Shown: in pieces, positions 14,948 to 26,718 of the stretch
How the letters are laid out: each line of letters opens with the position of its first letter
How positions within the stretch are numbered: position 1 is the stretch's first letter
From: Octopus sinensis
Lineage: Eukaryota
Length of the DNA: 64,000 nt
Assembly (NCBI RefSeq): GCF_006345805.1
Contig: NC_042998.1
Span: 65,472,001 to 65,536,000 of the forward strand
Direction of reading: 5' to 3'
Translations under genes and position numbers: made by a program
The notes under the pieces: model-generated
Databases searched by the model: none
Seen by the model: the letters and a program-made list of their open reading frames with translations, nothing else
Told to the model about the DNA's origin: nothing

Positions 14948-15200
14948 ATTATTGTTGAATTTACCTGTATCTACTTGCAATTAGAGTCACTTTGTGACAA
15001 AAATTATAGTATAGCATTGTTTGAGGACATTTCATTAAATTATCCTCCAAAAATCACATTAATATATTGATAAATAAAAAAGTTATAGTTGTTTAATGAA
15101 ACCAGACTAAATTTATGATTACGTTAGAAATTAATTGAAACACATAAGGGGTGTATTTTGGTCAGAAATATAGTAACGAAAGGATTAAGAAAAACCAAAA
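14948..15200. repeat. ~255-bp non-satellite block, copy 2
   Basis: 880 bp downstream of copy 1, with the same adjacent deletion monomer. Confidence 0.95.
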
Positions 15201-17454
15201 AAATTTTGTTGTATACCCAATTGAATATTAGCTAATAACCCATTTTCTATAGCGATGTTTGAACGAAATTTTAATAATTTTACAGAAATTTTGTTGTATA
15301 CCCAATTGAATATTAGCTAATAACCCATTTTCTCTAGCGATGTTTGAACAAAATTTTAATAAATTTACAGAAAGTTACCCAGAATAACAAATTCTATCGT
15401 AACATTTTGTTGTATACCCAATTGAATATTAGCTAATAACCCATTTTCTATAGCGATGTTTGAACAAAATTTTAATAATTTTACAGAAAGTTACCCAGAA
15501 TAACAAATTCTTTTGTAAAATTTTGTTGTATACCCAATTGAATATTAGCTAATAACCCATTTTCTCTAGCGATGTTTGAACAAAATTTTAATAATTTTAC
15601 AGACAGTTACCCAAAATAACAAATTCTATCGTAAAATGTTATTGTATACCCAATTGAATATTAGCTAATAACCCATTTTCTATAGCGATGTTTGAACAAA
15701 ATTTTAATAATTTTACAGAAAGTTACCCAGAATAACAAATTCTATCGTAAAATTTTGTTGTATACTCAATTGAATATTAGCTAATAACCCATTTTCTATA
15801 GCGATGTTTGAACAAAATTTTAATAATTTTACAGAAAGTTACCCAGAATAACAAATTCTATCGTAAAATTTTGTTGTATACACAATTGAATATTAGCTAA
15901 TAACCCATTTTCTATAACGATGTTTTAACAAAATTTTAATAATTTTACAGAAAGTTACCCAGAATAACAAATTCTATCGTAAAATTTTGTTGTATACCCA
16001 ATTGAATATTGGCTAATAACCCATTTTCTATAGCGATGTTTGAACAAAATTTTAATAATTTTACAGAAAGTTACCCAGAATAACAAATTCTATTGTAAAA
16101 TTTTGTTGTATACCCAATTGAATATTAGCTAATAACCCATTTTCTATTGCGATGTTTGAACAAAATTTTAATAATTTTACAGAGAGTTACCCAGAATAAC
16201 AAATTCTATTGTAAAATTTTGTTGTATACCCAATTGAATATTAGCTAATAACCTATTTTCTATAGCGATGTTTGAACAAAATTTTAATAGTCTTACAGAA
16301 AGTTACCCAGAATAACAAATTCTATCGTAAAATTTTGTTGTATACCCAATTGAATATTAGCTAATAGCCCATTTTCTATAGCGATGTTTGAACAAAATTT
16401 TAATAATTTTACAGAAAGTTACCCACAATAACAAATTCTATTGTAAAATGTTTTTGTATACCCAATTGAATATTAGCTAATAACCCATTTTCTATAGCGA
16501 TGTTTGAACAAAATTTTAATAATTTTACAGAAAGTTACCCAGAATAACAAATTCTATCGTAAAATTTTGTTGTATACTCAATTGAATATTAGCTAATTAC
16601 CCATTTTCTATAGCGATGTTTGAACAAAATTTTAATAATTTTACAGAAAGTTACCCAGAATAACAAATTCTATCGTAAAATTTTGTTGTATACCCAATTG
16701 AATATTAGCTAATAACCCATTTTCTCTAGCGATGTTTGAACAAAATTTTAATAATTTTACAGAAAGTTACCCAGAATAACATATTCTATCGTAAAATTTT
16801 GTTGTATACCCAATTGAATATTAGCTAATAACCCATTTTCTCTAGCGATGTTTGAACAAAATTTTAATAATTTTACAGAAAGTTACCCAGAATAACAAAT
16901 TCTATCGTAAAATTTTGTTGTATACCCAATTGAATATTAGCTAATAACCCATTTTCTATAGCGATGTTTGAACAAAATTTTAATAATTTTACAGAAAGTT
17001 ACCCAGAATAACAAATTCTATCGTAAAATTTTGTTGTATACTCAATTGAATATTAGCTAATTACCCATTTTCTATAGCGATGTTTGAACAAAATTTTAAT
17101 AATTTTACAGAAAGTTACCCAGAATAACAAATTCTATCGTAAAATTTTGTTGTATACCCAATTGAATATTAGCTAATAACCCATTTTCTCTAGCGATGTT
17201 TGAACAAAATTTTAATAATTTTACAGAAAGTTACCCAGAATAACAAATTCTATCGTAAAATTTTGTTGTATACCCAATTGAATATTAGCTAATAACCCAT
17301 TTTCTCTAGCGATGTTTGAACAAAATTTTAATAATGTTACAGAAAGTTACCCAGAATAACAAATTCTATCGTAAAATTTTGTTGTATACCTAATTGAATA
17401 TTAGCTAATAACCCATTTTCTCTAGCGATTTTTGAACAAAATTTTAATAATTTT

Positions 17455-17710
17455 ATATATTGTTGAATTTACCTGTATCTACTTGCAATTAGAGTCACTT
17501 TGTGACAAAAATTATAGTATAGAATTGTTTGAGGACATTTCATTAAATTATCCTCCAAAAATCACATTAATATATTGATAAATAAAAAAGTTATAGTTGT
17601 TTAATGAAACCAGACTAAATTTATGATTACGTTAGAAATTAATTGAAACACATAAGGGGTGTATTTTGGTTAGAAATATAGTAACGAAAGGATTAAGAAA
17701 AACCAAAAAA
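17455..17710. repeat. ~255-bp block, copy 3 (true 3' flank of the array)
   Basis: Same sequence, but continues into unique DNA (tattttattc) instead of returning to satellite. Confidence 0.95.
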
Positions 17711-17804
17711 TATTTTATTCTTTATAAATGTTGTATTCAAAATAACATTTTCTTTTAAGAATGTGTATATAACAAAGTATGTGTATATAACTACGTGGCT
17801 TATA

Positions 17805-18201
17805 TCTTTATATATAAGAGTGAAGTTGTGTGTCTGTCTCCTACGATTTAGATTCCTAACTACTCCCACATTTTGTTGTGCAGTGTAACCAAAACCGGGT
17901 ATCTTATAGTCGTGATTCATATCGAGCCCTTCTGGGTATTAGCGCGCGTCTACGATGAGTCTACGATTTAAACAAATTTACCATCATATTTTTCCATTTT
18001 AATGCATTTGTTTCGCTATTATATAAGGGAAGTAACTCTCTAAAAATATCTACGATGTGTCAACGATTTAAAAAGAAATTTACCTTAATTTTTATTCCAT
18101 TTTTTATGCATTTTTTTGCTATTTTTTGGCTATAACTCTCTAAAAATGCTTATATAGTTATTTCCCTTACAAACCCGAGCAACGCCGGGCGATACTGCTA
18201 G
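17805..18201 (+). mobile_element. Short non-autonomous Helitron (397 bp)
   Basis: 5' A|TCTTTATATATAAG; 3' GC hairpin CCCGAGC-AAC-GCCGGG (18174-18189) then CTAG|T (18198-18201|18202); internal tctacgat duplications. Canonical Helitron termini with AT target. Confidence 0.85.
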
Positions 18202-18225
18202 TATATAATATATATATATTAGCAA

Positions 18226-18253
18226 TGTAAATAATAATAATAATAATAATAAT

Positions 18254-18317
<64 letters not shown>

Positions 18318-18337
18318 GTAATGATAATAATAATAAT
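18226..18337. repeat. (AAT)n microsatellite
   Basis: Direct reading. Confidence 0.95.
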
Positions 18338-18419
18338 GCAAGATTGAATTTATTAATATTTTAATGGAACGTTATATGCGTTTCCGAAAAGTACATGTTT
18401 CTGACTATCATAACCCGTA

Positions 18420-19110
18420 TTCCTGGCATGATTACACTACAGTCGGTAGCATCCATGGACATCCTATTTAAGTGCTCATTTCCTTGGGCAATCTGACATT
18501 AACTTTGGAGTCATCGAATGTATAACTCAAGATTGTTTGTCAATTTTGACCAATGAAATGTTTGATTAGGGTATGCGAGAAATTTTTTGTGTGTTTGACG
18601 GAAAGTAGAGGAAGTTGATGGAAGGAGAGAAAGGAATAGTAATTATAAAGTAGAGGGAGATGCATGTGCAAATGGTAGACTTATTTTGATATTTATGTAT
18701 GCAGATGTCAGGATGGTTAGAATAGAGCTCATTAGTTTGACCTTAGTTACAATAGGCGCTCGCTCAGTGAATTGAGAACTAGTAGGATCAGAAAATACAG
18801 CTATTCTGTTGTTGATGTTTATTGCCTGAGAGGACAATTGGTATTCTCTTAAAATGTTCGTTTAATTACATTTGGTGGTAACATGATATAGAATATAGCG
18901 TTTGACAATAATAAATACTATGTTTAGTTGTTTTAAATGTTCTTCCCTTATATCATTGAATGCTAAACGTGATCAGTGTTTTTCCTTTTCAAAATCATCA
19001 TTTTTATCCTAATTAATATCGGCGTAGTTATATGCAACCCCATCAGAGTAGTTGGTGTATAGTTGTTGCCGGTATAATTAAGTAGAATCGTTTATATGCA
19101 TATACATAGA
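18420..19110 (-). mobile_element. Possible highly decayed Penelope-like element (RT thumb / GIY-YIG region)
   Basis: Minus-strand peptides with stops and frameshifts: HFIGQN (YIGQT-like GIY-YIG motif) and NHPDICIH. Lies next to two HHR motifs. Weak similarity only. Confidence 0.3.
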
Positions 19111-19192
19111 CGTTTACTAGAAGGGAATTTATATATTTTTCTTTAAAACTGGTACTTTACAAACACACACACATGTATACATTTATATATAC

Positions 19193-19232
<40 letters not shown>

Positions 19233-19298
19233 GAATACACATACAAATACACACACATTTATCTATCTCTCTGTCTCTCTCTCTATCTCTCTCTCTAA

Positions 19299-19337
<39 letters not shown>

Positions 19338-19473
19338 ATATATATATATATATTTAGCAATTAAGGACAACTACTTAATAAGGAAAACTTAACAAGAAAT
19401 TGTCAGGTAGATAGCGTAAAAACCTCATAAGAGAAAAAATTTCGAAAATAATTATTTCTTATTGAACATATTA

Positions 19474-19710
19474 ATTTATATATAGAGGGCATTATACATA
19501 TTTATAGTATATTCAGGCCTGCTGATGATTACGTAAGTATGAAATCACTGTGATACAGGTCTATATATTTTTAAATGTCTTTCTTTGAAAAATTGCATTC
19601 GGTGGGATTAGTAATATTTTTGGTAGAAATGACTGATTGTCCCTCTTAGCGTATGGCGTGTATGTAGAATGCCTCCTGGCATGTATGTATAATGCCCTCT
19701 ATATATAAAT
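19474..19710. repeat. 237-bp unit bounded by a perfect 27-bp inverted repeat
   Basis: atttatatatagagggcattatacata (19474-19500) and tatgtataatgccctctatatataaat (19684-19710). Confidence 0.9.
19515..19562 (+). ncRNA. Type I minimal hammerhead ribozyme with intact catalytic core
   Basis: Stem I aggcctg/caggtct; CTGATGA (19522-28); stem II tac-gtaa-gta with U.U closing mismatch; GAAA (19541-44); stem III Atcac-t-gtgaT; predicted cleavage after AUA (19555). Confidence 0.75.
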
Positions 19711-19721
19711 TTATATATATA

Positions 19722-19778
<57 letters not shown>

Positions 19779-20066
19779 GCAGAATGGGTAACCACTTACT
19801 GGTCATCCCTTTTATATATTTGATATAATTTTTCTGAAACTTCAGATTTTTCAATAAGCTAGGCCACTGGTTTTAAATTGATATTAATCAAATTAATATT
19901 CGATTTTTCAAATTTATTATTATATATAAAGATTGTTTCAAGAGACAGAACCACCTTTAAGCAACTCAATCAACATTGAACAACGTTATCTATGATAGAG
20001 GTATATAATATTAAATATTATTAATTTCATACCTGCAATTATCAATCTGATTCATATACACTAGAT

Positions 20067-20171
20067 AGACTACGCGTGTTTCCTGAAAATAAATCTATCG
20101 ATATTGCTAAATTAGAAGGTCTCCAAATTCAATACTTTATCGATCCAACTATACTGCCATTCTTCAGGTCT
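20067..20171 (-). ncRNA. Possible hammerhead with long, poorly closed stem II
   Basis: agac-CTGAAGA-[78 nt]-GAAAC-acgc-GTA-gtct; 4-bp stem I, GUA cleavage triplet. Confidence 0.35.
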
Positions 20172-20477
20172 GGATTATATAAAACTATTTTACTATATAC
20201 AACCTATACAGAGACATGATAATCAAAATTATATATTAAGTAATCATCAAAATAACATAACTAAAACGAACGAAATAATGCATAACAAAATAGGAAAAAG
20301 AGAAAGAAACATTTAACTTATCGTTTTGGTAAGTCTCCTTACTCGCGTTGAATTAATCATGGCTACTGAGTAAAGAACGTATATTCCATCTTAGAGAGTT
20401 CCAGTGTAGGGGAAATAATTCTTATTAACATTTAAGAGTGGTTAAGATATGTTACTCTCTCTCTATATTTTATATAT

Positions 20478-20593
<116 letters not shown>

Positions 20594-20695
20594 CATATAT
20601 AATACAGTGGGAAATTCGTAATAATACCACTAAATTTAATTTTTATCCCCTGTGGACTCAGAAATAAATTCCCTAAAATAAATAATTTTACATAC

Positions 20696-20729
<34 letters not shown>

Positions 20730-21024
20730 GCACACACATAAAACCGTGCACACACACATACACACATTCACACCAACTTGAACTCTAAGAGCAGTCCAAA
20801 AACCACTGAACCATGAGAGACTAGCGCAGAAAAAAAAATTCTTTTGATTCAACAAACTATGTGAATGCTTTCCCGCACCAACCAACGTCCCATGCTATTT
20901 CTGAAAATAGCAACCATCTTTGTCCAACGCACATACAAGACTGGAGATGAAGAATAGTGATTGGTCATACTCCTAAAATTCTGTATAAATATTCCTGTAT
21001 CATTTCTTATGAATGTTTTGTTTA

Positions 21025-21290
21025 GGGAGAGTAATTCTCTTTTAGTGCCTTATAATTTAACACACTCACTTGTAAAATTTCCATTCATTTCCTTCTATTT
21101 AAAAGGTTGCAAAATGCAAGGAAAATTTTAGAAAAATATAAAAAAAAGAAATAATTGGAAATTGTATCGGTGACAGTGTTAAATTATAAGGCACCAAAAA
21201 TAATGACTCCCGCCGGATACAACAGAATTTGCTTCTACACAGGAACTCACATAAAGAGTCTTGCAAACGAAATCTATGAACCAAACTTTC
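21025..21290. repeat. Inverted pair of the gggagagtcattctctttt dispersed repeat
   Basis: gtgccttataatttaacac (21042-21060) versus gtgttaaattataaggcac (21177-21195). Confidence 0.8.
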
Positions 21291-21809
21291 TTATGAAGCT
21301 TTGATTAAGCAATACACGTTTTCTCCTCTCAAATACTTCCTAGAAATTCTGTCTGTATATATGCTTATATACTAACATGATTTTTCATGAACTTATAAAG
21401 AATTATGAATATATTTTGCTACCTATTTTAAACACTTTTATGTTAACTGTTAAACCACAAAGCTTCTCTTTGACAATTTCTTATTATTGTCAAAATTCTA
21501 TTTCTTAACATTTTGATATCATTGCCAAAGACTCTATCACTGTATTTTAAAGTGTATGGGAGTATACAACGATTAAACCACGTCTATATACGCTCATAGC
21601 CGGAGCACGCACACGCACACGCCTATTTACGCACATAACCGCACACGTCTATATACGCACACACGCACACTAAAAATTTCAAGAATACATCTATATTCGC
21701 ACTTACACAGGGAAAAACAGGGTGAAATTCAAAAATACAGGAAAATGTAACAAAAAACATGAGTAAAACACGTCAATATACGCACATACGCACATGTGTG
21801 TGCGTGCGA

Positions 21810-21847
<38 letters not shown>

Positions 21848-21924
21848 TATATATAAACATACATAATCCAGTAGCTAATATAATCTCGTGCCACTTTCAC
21901 TTTAAATATATACATATATGTACT

Positions 21925-22170
21925 GAAGGTGCGTGGCTTAGTAGTTGGGGTATTCGGACCCTGATCGTGAGGTCGTGAGCTCAATTCCCAGTGACATGTT
22001 GTGCCCTTCACCTTTCTCCAGTCCCCTCAACTAGCACAAATGATTAGTACCTGTTTTGCCACACGGCCAGCTGTGTCACGCGGAATCTCCTTGAGAACCA
22101 CGATAAGGGAACACGTGTCTGTTTGTTCTGTTGATCAGACCGAGGGACACTTTCGTTTTTGTAACCGACG
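21925..22170 (+). mobile_element. Degenerate tRNA-derived SINE head (family C-like) followed by a family D tail fragment
   Basis: tggcttagtagttgg (A box) and gagctcaattcc (B box); gtgtcacgcggaatctccttgagaac matches 36770-36790. Confidence 0.55.
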
Positions 22171-22740
22171 TAACGCAAATAATTGTGCCCGTTTGTGCGT
22201 GTGTATGTGGCTGGGTGGGTTTGTGTCAATCTTATGTTTCAATTATTATAAATCTTCCACTGAGGAGGAAACCGGTTTCCAACAAATATACAATGTTCCA
22301 TTTTTGGGATGTAGTTAACAGATGTATTTATGTACAGGGAGAGTGAAGTAATGTGAGAGAGGAAATGTATAATAAACATGTACCTGTTATAATTGAAGAT
22401 TGTATCTAATATTTTGCTAATAAGATAGAATTTTGCATGATTCCTCTATATTTTAAGACATTTCTATTTCAAAGATCATAGCCAGACGAATTTCAGTCTT
22501 CTGCTAAGATTCAGTGTGAATAATGCTCATATAGTCTATTTTTGTTATTTGCTAGGGCTGAAATGAAGAGGTTAGTATAACGAATTGACGCTAGTACTTA
22601 ATTTTAAATCTGGTGTCTATCCCCCCTGCCCGTTTTATTATGCTTGGGGGAAGGCGATCATATAGGTTTCTGTGATATATACAATTTAAGAATGTCTGTC
22701 AAGCAGTGGTTTGTGACATAATCATACACAAAGACACACA

Positions 22741-22779
<39 letters not shown>

Positions 22780-23689
22780 ACACACAGATACACATATAAA
22801 TGCAACGCGATTCTTTCTCTTTCCGTCTACGAGATCCAATCACAATATAACTGGTTGGCCTGGGAGACCTGCTGAAGGTGTCACACAGAACAGCGGAGCC
22901 CGAAACCATATGGCAAATAAACAATATGCGTATGCAACTTTTCTCGGACCACGAATCTAATTTATACGCCTAATCTTCATTCAACATAATAATGTTTCAT
23001 GTGAAATACTGATTTTTAAAGCTTAAGATAAAGCTTAACTACCATGTTAAAATATTCAATTTTGTTACATTTAATATCGGTGAGAATTTTCCGTATAATT
23101 AGGATGCTTTCCCTTGAACTGATATTTGCATTTTATGTCGTGACATCATTATAGTGCAGATGCTGTAAAACATACTAAATGAAATGATTAATTACATATC
23201 ATCTCATGTATAGAAATTGAAAAGTCATCAATAATTTAGCCTGAAACTAACGGCATATTTGCAAGATTAAAATATAAAGCTGTATGATGAATCGCTATTA
23301 AATTCTTCCAAAGAATTTGACATTAACAAATACATTATAGAAGGATTTAATAAATGTGCAAAAATTTCCCCAACTTTTGCTAATCTGCTTAGTCTTCTAG
23401 CGAACTTTAGTTTATTGGAAACCAAAATATACCCCAGCCCTCTTCAATTTATTTACATTACAAGCTGTTGCAGATGTTCCAAGGATTAGAAGTTGTAAAG
23501 TAGCATACCTAATCAGGAATTACGTTAGGAAATATTCAATGAAAGCAATATCTCAATTATCATGTTTTGGAAAATTTTATGTATTTTGGGCATATATTAT
23601 GCGAAGTAAAATTTGAGTATATTTTTTACTCCCTTTTCTTTTTGGCGATTTTGGTAGCGATTGAATACGTAGAGACTTACTTTCTGAAT

Positions 23690-24200
23690 CTACATAGTGC
23701 TCTCATTGAAGCAATTATATCATTTATCTTCATTACCATTCTTCTCTTACCATTTAGTGTCTTCTTTCACTTCATTTCACTCATGCATCGCAATCTTGTT
23801 CATACCATCTCAATTATCATCATGATCATCGTCGTCGTTGTCGTTGTCGTCGTCGGCGGCGGCGTTACCCTCATCATACTCATCGTCATCGTCATAATTG
23901 TGGCCATCACTGCCTTCAAATTCAATACCACCATCATCATCGTCGTCGTCATCATCGATGTTATCATCGTCGTCGTTGTCGTCGTCATCATGATAACCAT
24001 CATAACCATCAGAAGCATCATTATCACTACAAAGCTCACCTTCCTCACTCCACCTCCTTGTCCCTCCTCATCGTTGTTATCATACTTTGCACAGTAATAA
24101 TAACATTCCTGCATTAATATTATTAACATCATCCGATTCAACATCAATATTTACTCGGTCGTTATTAAATACATTGTCATCATTTGCCCCATCACACCTC
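23690..24200. repeat. Degenerate (CAT/CGT)n trinucleotide low-complexity tract
   Basis: Direct reading; explains ORFs 23567-24097 and 23800-24147. Confidence 0.9.
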
Positions 24201-24391
24201 CACCTATTTCATGACGTTACCCACCCCATGGCGATTTTTAGTATCCCGTCCGTTCATAATAATTGATTTTAATAATATCAACACAGTTGTTACTATCAGT
24301 AGCAATACAGTCATCGTTTAAATCCTATCAATATGATATCCAAAGCGTTATCAAATATCACAGTTGTTAACTTATATTTATGTTTGATTTT

Positions 24392-24880
24392 GTGATGGTT
24401 CGGGGTTAAGTGGTTAAGATAATCGTGCTTGCAATCGTATGGTTGCGAGTTCGATTCCCGGCAACGCGTTGTGTTTCTCGAGACTTTAGTGCACCGGGCG
24501 AAATGCTGAGTGGTATTTCGTCTACCGCTACGTTCTGAGTTCCAATTACGCCGAGGTCGACTTTGCCTTTCATCCTTTCGGGGTCGATAAATTAAGTACC
24601 AGTTACGCACTGGTGTCGATGTAATCGACTTAATCCCTTTGTGTTTCCTTGTTTATTCCCTCTCTTTAGCCCCTCGTGGGCATTAAAGAAATAAGAAACG
24701 TTAACACGCTGGACAAATTGCTAAGCGGTATTTCGTTTGTCTTTACGTTCTGAGTTCAGACTCTGCCTTTCATCCTTTCGGGGTCGAGAAAATAAGTACC
24801 AGTTGCGTACTGGAGTTGATCTAATCGTCTGGCCCCCCTCTTCAAAATTTCGGGCCTTGCGCGTAGAATAGAAATATTAT
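24392..24880 (+). mobile_element. tRNA-like head fused to two tandem SINE family B bodies
   Basis: Head aagtggttaag...gagttcgattcc; body gcctttcatcctttcggggtcgaNaaaNtaagtaccagtt twice (24565-24604, 24765-24804). This block resembles the conserved Meta-type SINE central domain (from memory, not searched). Confidence 0.8.
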
Positions 24881-25034
24881 TTTTATAAATTCTACATATC
24901 TATTTTATTATGAATTCAAAACAACACCACAGAGAAATCGGTGTGAGCTTAAATAATAACCCAAGAAAGGTGAACCGTGATAGGTGAAACATGATATTGC
25001 GAGGGATTACTGTTTTTCAACGATTCAGTCTTAT

Positions 25035-25185
25035 CACATTCTGTGCCACGCTGAATATCTTTGATAATTACCTTATGGGTATGCGTGATAGTGGTATCAC
25101 TTGCACGATAAACTTACAAGCATGCTGTTCCGTTCATCGGATCAACTGGAACCCACTTCATGGTAACCGACGGATTGACAGTTTT
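25035..25185 (+). mobile_element. SINE family D 3' fragment
   Basis: gctgttccgttcatcggatcaactggaaccc...gtaaccgacgga matches the reverse complement of 54870-54930. Confidence 0.65.
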
Positions 25186-25634
25186 CGAACATTTGCTGCT
25201 ACCACCAAAATCTACACCCGGGTTCGCGAATTGCCAGCTTTCATCTTTATGATTGATATTGATTGATAAGGCCAGTATCGTTCAATCCAATTTTTTACTG
25301 ATCACACTGAAATAGCTGTAGTGATTCGAATGATTTGTTCAACAAAAACCCTTTTAGACAATGCCCAAGTATGTCTGCATCCTATGTATTAAAGCTTCTG
25401 ACAATTTCAGGTGATGTTGGCTTCAATGGATATTGTAAGTATTTATGAATATTTAAACATATTCCGGCATAACTATTTCAATCTACATAATCTCAGGTAT
25501 TCGTGTATTTTGAATTATGTTTCGTATACTCTCAGTATTTTTACCTTACTTAAGGCACGGCGAGGTAACACCAAAATAACCCCAGTAAACAAACTAGGGA
25601 AGGGGACAAACAAGTACACATGCATGTAAACCCT

Positions 25635-26025
25635 TCGTCTCTTCTTCTCTCCTTTCCGCTCTCTCTCTCTCTCTCTCCCCCTCTCTCTCTCTCTCTCCCT
25701 CTCTCTCTCTATCTCTCACATACAAACGCAAATGTCGACATACGCACACAGGCACACACTACCCTCTCGTACAGGTACACACAAGCCCACAAACGTTCAC
25801 ACACCCCCTCTCACATGCACGCACACATGCACACACACATACACACACATGAAGATACATACGCACATGCAAATGTCTACACACTCATACACACACACAC
25901 ACAGGCACACACATGCAACCCTCAATTCTCACACACGCACACGCATACAGACGTTTACACACTCTTCTCTCACACACGCACGTGCAGACACATACACGCA
26001 TACACACACACACACACACATGTAT
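25635..26025. repeat. (CT)n plus degenerate (CA)n tract
   Basis: Direct reading. Confidence 0.9.
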
Positions 26026-26388
26026 CTGCTGCAAATACAAACGTCTCCCGTTTGCATTTGACACTTCTTACTCATCTGAACTTCAATGTTCTTTGCGCAG
26101 CGGTTCTTCTGATTTCTATCAAAAGATATGCAAAGTAGCTACTTGTCAAATCTCAAGAAGAGACCAGAGTGGTAACTATACTAAAACGTAAAGTTGCTTT
26201 ATCTTGTTACTGTAGTTTAACCCCAGGCACATATTTCGCCAGCTGGTAATCGATGCAATGCTGCACAGTTTATATATATCCAGCGAGCTGGAGATCTGCC
26301 TTGGGTTAAACTAGTAGTAACATGAAACAGCTACTTTGATGTGGCTATTAATTTTACTTATTAAAAGATAATTCTGAAGGAAATATAA

Positions 26389-26683
26389 GCATGGCTGCGT
26401 GGTAAGAAGCTTCCTTCCAAACCACATCTTTCCGGATTCATTCCCACTGCGTGGTACCTTGGGCAAGTGTCTTTTACTATAGCTTCGGGCCGACCAAAGG
26501 ATTGTGAGTGGTTTCGGTAGACAGAAACTGAAAAAAGTTCGCAGTGTCTATATATATATATAATATATATATATATTATATTAAATTAGAGATAAAACCA
26601 CTATTAGGCAAATCAAACAATGAAAAGCATAAGCCAATACATAAAATTAATTAATTTATATTATTTTAGATATATATCAAAAG

Positions 26684-26718
<35 letters not shown>

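Larger units (their letters stand above)
6765..17454. repeat. 116-bp tandem satellite array, about 88 monomers, interrupted twice
   Basis: Monomer acagaaagttacccagaataacaaattctatcgtaaaattttgttgtatacccaattgaatattagctaataacccattttctatagcgatgtttgaacaaaattttaataatttt; period counted directly (9781 to 9897 = 116). Monomers differ by a few substitutions or indels. Confidence 0.98.

Noticed and set aside
6765-17454. CRISPR-like array
   Set aside because: Monomers are contiguous and near-identical with no unique spacers, there are no cas genes, and the context is eukaryotic.
23567-24147. Hydrophobic 176-aa and 115-aa ORFs as membrane proteins
   Set aside because: They are translations of CAT/CGT trinucleotide repeats.
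25620-26191. His/Thr-rich ORFs
   Set aside because: They are translations of CA/CT repeats.
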